Origin: Clostridiales bacterium
GTDB taxonomy: Bacteria; Bacillota; Clostridia; Lachnospirales; JAISYE01
NCBI GenBank assembly: GCA_031297485.1
Contig: JAISYE010000187.1
Span: forward strand, 1 to 52,587
Length of the DNA stretch: 52,587 nucleotides
Reading direction: 5' to 3'
The position numbers were made by a program, and so were the translations under genes. Below the pieces are notes generated by a model. It had not been told where the DNA came from, made no database searches, and worked only from the letters and a program-made list of their open reading frames with translations. This document shows positions 43,663 to 50,002 of this stretch, in pieces. The stretch's first letter is position 1. Every line of letters begins with the position of its first letter.

Positions 43663-43956
43663 CCGATATCAATACAAAGTTCCCGCAGGCACTTATACGT
43701 TGTATCCATTCCATGCGCCGCGGTTTCCGCTGCCAGTTTAACGCGCGGCAAAGTAAAAAACCGTGGGAAGCCGCGTCATTTCACATGACACAGTTTCCCA
43801 CGATTTCTGGCTGTTACATTTTTGGCGGCATTTTTTTGCTTCCGCTATGATTTCTTCAATTACATATATTGTTTTCGGCCGAATCAGATTGTGCGCATAG
43901 TAAGCCAGAAGGATATCGTAAACCTGCCTTACTTTACTAACATTTAGAGCTTATCC

Positions 43957-44404
43957 TTAAATAAATTTGATTTGTCTAAAAGCGATAAAAACACAAGCAA
44001 GTTGTAATAAATCCATATAAGTGAAAGCATATTTCTCATAACGCACAAGAATTTTGCGAAAGCGATTTAACCATGAGAAAACTCTTTCCATAACCCAACG
44101 ACATGCCTTAAATTCCGGATTGTTTTCAATATTTTGCTTTTCTTCACCACGAGATACTACATGTGGAATATAACCTCTAAGCACTATGGCTTCAAGCGCT
44201 GCTTCACCGTAGTAACCCTTCCGCGCACAGATTTTCCGTTGCTCCCTTCGAATAATCAATTTCAGGGCGCTCTACTTCTATATTATCCATGACTGTTTCT
44301 ATTTGCGTAACTTCATACCTGTTCGCTCCTGTCAATACTATGGACAATGGCACTCCGTTTCCATCAACTAGTATGTGCCTCTTGCTTCCATTCTTACCAC
44401 CCAT
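43957..44404 (-). pseudogene. IS5-family DDE transposase remnant (N-terminally truncated and frameshifted)
   Basis: Two track ORFs (44204..44404 and 43957..44259) together read GSKRHILVDGNGVPLSIVLTGANRYEVTQ ... NLCA/RKGYYGE ... GYIPHVVSRGEE ... CRWVMERVFSWLNRFRKILVRYEK. This is the conserved C-terminal two-thirds of IS5-group transposases. The frame changes near 44225-44240. Confidence 0.8.
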
Positions 44405-44452
44405 CCGTATGAGCCAAACTCTTGGGGGAGCGCTTCCATTGTATCCCTGTTC

Positions 44453-44545
44453 TTAGGACGTGTTTGAAAACTGGATTCCAGCGCGAAATTGCAGCGGTTT
44501 CATTAGAAATTTCGCGCTCTAAGGAATTTTCAAACACGCCTTAGC
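44453..44545. repeat. Palindromic hairpin element, family A (copy A5, short form)
   Basis: TTAGGACGTGTTTGAAAACTGGATTCCAGCGCGAAATTGCAGCGGTTTCATTAGAAATTTCGCGCTCTAAGGAATTTTCAAACACGCCTTAGC. It abuts the truncated 5' side of the IS5 remnant. Confidence 0.9.
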
Positions 44546-44606
44546 ACGTAGAATATTGCCTCTAGCACTCATTTTCTTGTTTCATTTTGCTTCTTCCCCT
44601 TTTTAT

Positions 44607-44759
44607 TCATTTATCGCCTTTTTGCATAATAAACTTTAATTGGGGATAAACTCTAAGCTTTTCGCGGTAGAAAAGGTTTTTTATCGAATTTTTAAACCCC
44701 AGCTCTTTTTTGTAGTATTCAAAAGTCTTTGACAAACCTCGTACGCTTATCATAGTCAT
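44607..44759 (-). pseudogene. 50-codon N-terminal stub of an ABC-2 type ATPase (paralog of 42312..43313)
   Basis: Reverse translation from the ATG at 44759 gives MTMISVRGLSKTFEYYKKELGFKNSIKNLFYREKLRVYPQLKFIMQKGDK then a stop. It aligns with MSLIHTKDLTKTFRIFEKEPGLTGSVKSLFNRKFIDKTAVANFDLCVEQGE and ends before the Walker A motif. Confidence 0.65.
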
Positions 44760-44798
44760 ACATAAACGCCTTTATGTTATAGCCGCGAACGAATACAT

Positions 44799-45800
44799 TT
44801 ATGGTACCTCTGATTCCACACCGTCCGCCCAATGTATACGTTCCTCAATCCAGCCGTCAAAATATTCGCTGATTTCCCTTTCAGGCTCCGTCTTTGTGAA
44901 TCCCTCAAGGAAAGCGGTGAGGTAGAAAAAGAACATATGATAGCAATAATAAGCCAAACGCTCAGGGCGAAGCGCGTATTCCACTCTGTGGCGCCTCAGC
45001 GCTTCATTGAAGGCAGTCCGCGCCCACGGACTGCAGCACATAACCCACGCGTCCCGCTCGGGCGGGGCGAGAAGCGCGTCGTCCCAGTCGATAATCCGAT
45101 AATCATCCCCGTTTACAAGCAGATTTCCTCCCGCGTCGCCATGTGTCAGATAGAAATGCGATGTGTCGTTTTTACATTCGCAAGCAAAGCGCCGCAATTT
45201 CCGCGCCCGTTGTTCCAACAATCCCCTGTGCCCCTCCAATACCTTATCGACCGCACCGCCCCTGTCACATGCTTCCCACAGTGTAAAAAAGCGTTCGGCA
45301 CTTTCGTCAGAAAATTTTGCGCGTGGAATATCAAGGTCATTTACAGGAACAGCGTAAACCCGCGCCAGCATATCATACTCAGGCGGCTTTGTCGCGTCTG
45401 TTTCAATACTCGTGCCATCGATCCAATCAAAGATTCCAAGTACCGCGCCCTCAAAATTTGTAAACAGCCGGCCGTCAACCGTTTTTACGATATGGCTGAT
45501 GAAATTAATACCATTCTGCCACAAATGGTCTATGATGAGAAAACTGCGGGCATAGACATCCTTATGTGTGGTGTAGTCCAACTTTAAAAAATAGCCGCGG
45601 TCTTCACATTCAAGCCTCCATGTTTCCCCGTAATAGCCGCGCGGAGCAGGCGCGATTCCAATGGGGTCCAAACGGTATTCCGCGCGGACAGACTCACATA
45701 GACGGCGCAAATATTCCCCGCCGCGTGATAAAATGTGCGAGGCGGAAACTTGAAGGCGGCTGTTATAAGAATTCATTTTTTCGCATCCTTTCGCGGACAT
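44799..45800 (-). CDS. Phosphotransferase enzyme family protein (APH/choline-kinase-like small-molecule kinase)
   Basis: ORF track, 333 aa. The catalytic loop is LTHGDAGGNLLV and the metal-binding motif is IIDWDD. The alternative ATG at 45776 (MNSYNSRL) has an AAAGGA RBS. Confidence 0.75.
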   Translation of the reverse strand: MSAKGCEKMNSYNSRLQVSASHILSRGGEYLRRLCESVRAEYRLDPIGIAPAPRGYYGETWRLECEDRGYFLKLDYTTHKDVYARSFLIIDHLWQNGINFISHIVKTVDGRLFTNFEGAVLGIFDWIDGTSIETDATKPPEYDMLARVYAVPVNDLDIPRAKFSDESAERFFTLWEACDRGGAVDKVLEGHRGLLEQRARKLRRFACECKNDTSHFYLTHGDAGGNLLVNGDDYRIIDWDDALLAPPERDAWVMCCSPWARTAFNEALRRHRVEYALRPERLAYYCYHMFFFYLTAFLEGFTKTEPEREISEYFDGWIEERIHWADGVESEVP

Positions 45801-45996
45801 ATCCTGCGAACAGTTAGATTCTTCACATCCGCAGTCCGCAAACGGGCGAACTGAAATTTGTGCCCGTCCGCCGTATACTAACCAGTATAGACCTTTTCTC
45901 TATAATAGGCAAGACGTGAGCGCGCAAAAAAATTATACTCTGGAACGCGCCCAAATTTTGAAAGGCCCAAAATTACAAACTAAACGAGGAGAGATT

Positions 45997-46605
45997 ATGT
46001 CAACTAAACCACCAGCAAAGCCAACTGAATTTGCATATGTCCGCGTGTCGAGCGCAGACCAGAACGAGGACAGGCAGCTCGACGCGATGACCGCCCTCGG
46101 CATACCGGCGGAGCGTATTTTCATTGACAAGCGCAGCGGCAAGGACACCAACCGCCCGCAGCTTCAGCGGCTTTTAATGACAGTCAAGAGCGGCGACACC
46201 ATAATTGTCGAATCGGTGAGCCGATTGGCCCGTAACACGCGTGATTTACTCGACCTCGTGGAACAGCTCGCCGCGACAGGGGTTGACTTCATAAGTCAAA
46301 AGGAAAACATAGACACGACCACGCCGACAGGCAAGTTTATGCTGACGGTGTTCGGCGCGGTTGCGGAACTGGAGCGCAGTTACATTAAGCAGCGCCAAGC
46401 CGAGGGGATTTCGTCGGCCAAACGACGGGGCGTTCATATGGGCAGGCCCGTTAAGCAAGCCCCTGACGGCTTTGGCGAACTCGTCAAACGATGGGAGCGC
46501 AAGGAAATCCCGCTTCACAAAGTCCTTTCCCACTGCGGCATAAGCGAGTCTACGTTCTACCGCCGGCTTGCCGAGCACCGCCGTCAACGCAAGGTCCGGC
46601 GGTAA
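45997..46605 (+). CDS. Small serine recombinase (resolvase/invertase family, Hin/Gin-like)
   Basis: The ORF track gives 45916..46605. I trimmed it to the ATG at 45997, which has a GAGGAGAG RBS. The catalytic N-terminus is FAYVRVSSADQNEDRQ. Motifs VESVSRLARN and ELERSYIKQRQ are present, with a C-terminal HTH (GISESTFYRRL). At 202 aa it is invertase-sized. Confidence 0.9.
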   Translation: MSTKPPAKPTEFAYVRVSSADQNEDRQLDAMTALGIPAERIFIDKRSGKDTNRPQLQRLLMTVKSGDTIIVESVSRLARNTRDLLDLVEQLAATGVDFISQKENIDTTTPTGKFMLTVFGAVAELERSYIKQRQAEGISSAKRRGVHMGRPVKQAPDGFGELVKRWERKEIPLHKVLSHCGISESTFYRRLAEHRRQRKVRR

Positions 46606-46610
46606 TCCGC

Positions 46611-46632
46611 TGTCAAAAGGTGTACCTTTTGA
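46611..46632. repeat. Left inverted repeat / crossover-site candidate (IRL)
   Basis: TGTCAAAAGGTGTACCTTTTGA. The internal 9+9 palindrome TCAAAAGGT / ACCTTTTGA flanks the central dinucleotide GT. Confidence 0.9.
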
Positions 46633-46683
46633 TTGTGATCTGTTTTGTACTTATATCACCCATAAGCACACACTTTTTAATAC

Positions 46684-46712
46684 TTTATACCACAAAAATC
46701 CTTCAAATGCAA
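46684..46712 (-). promoter_or_regulatory. Promoter inside the invertible segment, currently facing the recombinase gene
   Basis: Minus strand: TTGCAT (46712..46707), 17 nt spacer, TGgTATAAA extended -10 (TATAAA at 46689..46684). Confidence 0.6.
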
Positions 46713-46779
46713 GAAAATTTTTCACGTATAGAACATTTTTTGGAATTTTTTGCACGCGCAGAACGGCAGGCCGTCTTTC

Positions 46780-46801
46780 TCAAAAGGTACACCTTTTGAC
46801 A
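46780..46801. repeat. Right inverted repeat / crossover-site candidate (IRR)
   Basis: TCAAAAGGTACACCTTTTGACA is the exact reverse complement of 46611-46632. The central dinucleotide here reads AC. Confidence 0.9.
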
Positions 46802-46820
46802 AAAACATAGGAGGTTAAGT

Positions 46821-47513
46821 ATGAAAAAAACAGTTCCCGCGCTGGCGCTGGCTGTACTGCTGGCCTTTTTGGCAGGGTGCAAAGCGCAAGCCGCGGCAAC
46901 CGCGCCGAACTCAGAACCGCAAACGGCGGGCCAAGAGCCTGCGTCAAGCGCGCGGCCCGCAGCAGCCGCGCAAAGAGAAGCATTGCCGGAACCCGCGCCG
47001 CCGTCCGCGGAAGAACAGCCGGCAGAAGGCGGAGGCGGCAATTCCGCGCGGCCCGCGCATAAGGACTCATCAGACGGACCGCCGTCCGCGGAGTCGCAAT
47101 ACTGGCGCGTGACAGTCAATGACGTTCAGTCATCCGCGGGTTTAAGCGGCACAATTGATATGGTCCAGTACGACGGCTCGATAAGCCAGTCCGCCGTAAA
47201 CGCGGCGCCGAAAGACGGCTGCGCGTTCCTGCTGTTGTTTTTGACCATTGAAAAAACCCAAGGAGGTAAAGCGCTGTTCTCGTGGAAAGACACGTACATC
47301 CTCGACGAGAGCGGAGGCAAGTATCAACGGCACGAAAACGACACGTTTCTGGATAATGTCGGATACTCGCCGCGCTTAAAAGCTACCGACCAAGCGCTCG
47401 GCGCGGAAACGGGCTGGGCCTGCTATGAAGTATCCGCCGGCGCCGGAGCGCTGTACCTTGTTCACGACGGCGGGGACGGCGAGATAAGGATATCCATTGG
47501 GGAGGTACGCTGA
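46821..47513 (+). CDS. Lipoprotein with low-complexity linker and DUF4352-like C-terminal domain
   Basis: ORF track, 230 aa. Signal peptide plus lipobox (MKKTVPALALAVLLAFLAGCKAQ), an Ala/Pro/Glu-rich linker, and a C-terminal beta-rich domain (GCAFLLLFLTIEKTQGGKALFSWKDTYILDESGGKY). GGAGG RBS. Confidence 0.75.
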   Translation: MKKTVPALALAVLLAFLAGCKAQAAATAPNSEPQTAGQEPASSARPAAAAQREALPEPAPPSAEEQPAEGGGGNSARPAHKDSSDGPPSAESQYWRVTVNDVQSSAGLSGTIDMVQYDGSISQSAVNAAPKDGCAFLLLFLTIEKTQGGKALFSWKDTYILDESGGKYQRHENDTFLDNVGYSPRLKATDQALGAETGWACYEVSAGAGALYLVHDGGDGEIRISIGEVR

Positions 47514-47514
47514 C

Positions 47515-49473
47515 TTGGCATCTAAAACTAAACGTTTAGGACAGCTTTCGTTGATTGCGATAGCCTTGCTTATTGCCGGTACGGCGGCTTTTAGAGCGCT
47601 CACGCGCCGCGAAACTATCCCAGAGCCGTCCGCGCAAGGGCCGCCGCCGGTTGAGCAGCCGCAGGCGCCGGAACCAGCGCCGCCAGTTCAACCTGAAACA
47701 GTTCCGGAAGCCACAGCCGCGCCATTGGCGGAGCCAGAACCGGAGCAGACCGCAGACAGCGCCGCGTCACTGGACCCGATACTCGGCGAGATACTCTCGG
47801 CTGTGCGGGCGCTCGCGACCCCCACACCGGAACCCGAACCCACGCCCGACCCCAACGCTCCCATAGACGGTTTTCAGGAAATACTGCGGTATGTGTACGA
47901 ACAAATCGAAAAGCAAGCCTCTGTTGACGCGGATTTGCTTTCCGAACTGGACAGCGGCGCGTACACATTCAGCGGCCCGCTGATAGTTGTTGACCCTTAC
48001 GGATATGCTCCGTTAACAGCCGCAGCCGCGTTTGAAACCGCGGAACCTTCGAAAATATCCGTGCTTGTCCAGGGCAAAACGCCGGCGGCGGATATAGCGT
48101 TTGAGTTTGACGAATACCGCACAAAACATATTGTGCCAATATACGGCCTGTACGCCGACAAGCTCAACACTGTAACACTTACGGCGGTTGACAAAAGCGG
48201 ACGGATATCGGTCACCTCCGTTGAAATCCGCACGGACGCCCTGCCCGAACGTCTGGCGAAATTTGTTATTACAACCTACGCCGCGCAGCCTGATAAGTAC
48301 AGCTCTGGCCTGAATTTTTCCTCCGTTAACAAATACGCTTATGATATTAACGGCGATTACCGTTGGATAATAAACGACCGTGGAGCAGCTGTGACATATT
48401 GGAATTATTCGGAAGGCACATATATATGTCCTATGGAAAGCGCTAACCAGTCGCTGCTTGTAGAACGCAATACGCTCGGCAAATATTTGCGCTTGTGGTA
48501 CGCCCCCAGCGGCGGTGTAGGAATACATCACGATATCGAAGAAATGCCTGGCGGCAATTTGCTTCTGACCACAAGTTCGGCCGGCAGCGGCATAATAGTT
48601 GGCGATACCTGCGAAGACGTGGTTTTGGAATTAGACGCGCAGACCGGCGAGATTGTCAACTATCTGGATTTCATCAAAATTTTACAGCGTTTCCGGATGT
48701 CCCTGATGATAGCTAACGAAGCGGGTGTAAACTGGGACTGGCTCCATATGAATAAGGTCACTTACCATAACGGCAGCATAGTAATTTCAAGCCGGCACCA
48801 AAGCACAGTGGCAAAAGTTACTTGGCCGCAAGGCGATATCGAGTGGATTCTCGGCAGCCATTACGCCTGGTCGCCATACTGGCAGCAGTTTTTGCTGACT
48901 CCTACAGGCGATAATTTTGAATGGCAGCACGCGCAGCATTTTCCTATTGTGCTGCCTGACTTTGACGAAAACCCTGACACGGAAGATATTATGCTGTTTG
49001 ACAATGGCAACCAGCGGTTTGCGGAAGACTTTGAACTGCAGCGCCAGATTCAAGCAAACGAAGCTGCCGCGCCAGAAAATTACTCCCGCATTGTGCATTA
49101 CCGTATAGACGAGAAGGCAATGACTGTCGAACAAGTCTGGCAATACGGCAAGGAAAGAGGCGCCGAATGGTTTGCCAGCCGCTGCGGCAACGTGGCTCTG
49201 CTGGACAATGGCAGCCGTATAGGCAGCTGTATCATCGAAAGCGGCGCGCCGCCGCACTCAATTTTAAGCGAGGTGTCGGAAAGCGGCGAACTGGTGTGGG
49301 AAGCCTATACATCAACCAAGGACGCCAAGAGCACGCTGTACGAGTACAGGGCTTACCGGGAACCGCTGTATCGGAACTCGGACAACGACCTGCGCGTAGG
49401 CGAAAGCACGATTAACCTTGTTCCGCGGGACATTCTCATGAAATACGGATTTATAACCGAGGAGGGCGACTAA
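47515..49473 (+). CDS. Aryl-sulfate sulfotransferase (ASST family), N-terminal membrane anchor plus Pro-rich linker
   Basis: The ORF track gives 47497..49473. The in-frame TTG at 47515 follows a GGGGAGG RBS. It aligns with my recollection of E. coli AssT at LIVVDPYGYAPLTA, VPIYGLYADKLNTVTL, NWDWLHMN, IVISSRHQSTVAKV, IEWILG, IMLFDNGN and YSRIVHYRIDEKAMTVEQVWQYGKERG. Confidence 0.9.
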   Translation: MASKTKRLGQLSLIAIALLIAGTAAFRALTRRETIPEPSAQGPPPVEQPQAPEPAPPVQPETVPEATAAPLAEPEPEQTADSAASLDPILGEILSAVRALATPTPEPEPTPDPNAPIDGFQEILRYVYEQIEKQASVDADLLSELDSGAYTFSGPLIVVDPYGYAPLTAAAAFETAEPSKISVLVQGKTPAADIAFEFDEYRTKHIVPIYGLYADKLNTVTLTAVDKSGRISVTSVEIRTDALPERLAKFVITTYAAQPDKYSSGLNFSSVNKYAYDINGDYRWIINDRGAAVTYWNYSEGTYICPMESANQSLLVERNTLGKYLRLWYAPSGGVGIHHDIEEMPGGNLLLTTSSAGSGIIVGDTCEDVVLELDAQTGEIVNYLDFIKILQRFRMSLMIANEAGVNWDWLHMNKVTYHNGSIVISSRHQSTVAKVTWPQGDIEWILGSHYAWSPYWQQFLLTPTGDNFEWQHAQHFPIVLPDFDENPDTEDIMLFDNGNQRFAEDFELQRQIQANEAAAPENYSRIVHYRIDEKAMTVEQVWQYGKERGAEWFASRCGNVALLDNGSRIGSCIIESGAPPHSILSEVSESGELVWEAYTSTKDAKSTLYEYRAYREPLYRNSDNDLRVGESTINLVPRDILMKYGFITEEGD

Positions 49474-49474
49474 A

Positions 49475-50002
49475 ATGGCACATATACTTATTTTGCTGGT
49501 CATACTGGCGCCGGGATTTTTGGCGGGGCTGTACTATATGAATATTACGGACAGAAAAAAAATCCCGCCGCTTGAAGCAATCGGCCTGTTCGCAGCCTTC
49601 GCGTTTCTGTGTAATTTATTGCCAATGCTGATAACATGGCTGAAATGGAGCGGCGAACCCTTGAGCATACTCGGTTACGGCGGAGTATTTAACCAGTTGC
49701 AATTCTTGGTAAAATATATGCTGCTTCAGTGCGTATCCGCTGTGCTTCTTCCCTGGGCGGCGGCGTTCTTGTCGATGTTTTCGGCGGAGAGGGTCTTTGA
49801 CAAATTGATTGACCTTATGGCAGCCCAGTTTGCTGAAAAGTCGCGGGAGCGTAAAGCGCGTCGCGCGCTTGAAAAGGCGGAGCGGGAAGCCGCGGTTAAA
49901 GCGCTGGAAGAATCGGAAAAACAGGCGGAGGAAAAAGAAGCCCCAAGGGAAACTGAACCGTCTATGACAGAGGAGGAAACAGCCAATGAGAAAGCTGATT
50001 AA
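49475..50002 (+). CDS. Hypothetical membrane protein with a charged coiled-coil-like C-terminal tail
   Basis: ORF track, 175 aa, with about three or four hydrophobic helices followed by KSRERKARRALEKAEREAAVKALEESEKQAEEKEAPRETE. GAGGAGGG RBS. It overlaps the next gene by 17 nt. Confidence 0.65.
   Translation: MAHILILLVILAPGFLAGLYYMNITDRKKIPPLEAIGLFAAFAFLCNLLPMLITWLKWSGEPLSILGYGGVFNQLQFLVKYMLLQCVSAVLLPWAAAFLSMFSAERVFDKLIDLMAAQFAEKSRERKARRALEKAEREAAVKALEESEKQAEEKEAPRETEPSMTEEETANEKAD

Larger units (their letters stand above)
46611..46801. promoter_or_regulatory. Invertible promoter segment (inverton), assembled in the OFF orientation for the downstream operon
   Basis: Perfect 22/22 inverted repeats bracket a 147-bp AT-rich segment containing one strong promoter. 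The segment lies 6 nt after the recombinase stop and 20 nt before the operon ATG. Confidence 0.75.

Noticed and set aside
43671-43956. Open frame without a start codon on the minus strand (..VYDILLAYYAHNLIRPKTIYVIEEIIAEAKKCRQK..) between the MITE and the IS5 remnant
   Set aside because: It has no start codon and no recognisable family. It is possibly another gene relic, but I cannot support a call.
46761-46779. Small hairpin (ACGG-CAGG-CCGT followed by CTTTCT) just inside IRR as a terminator blocking read-through from the recombinase gene
   Set aside because: The stem is only 4 bp and the T-tract is weak, which is not sufficient to call a terminator.
46491-47119. Track ORFs 46491..46799 (+), 46568..46810 (+), 46703..47119 (-) and 46780..47070 (-) across the invertible segment
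   Set aside because: They run through the inverted repeats, hence the shared CQKVYLL peptide, and through the AT-rich promoter segment or antisense to the lipoprotein gene. The region is better explained as a regulatory switch.
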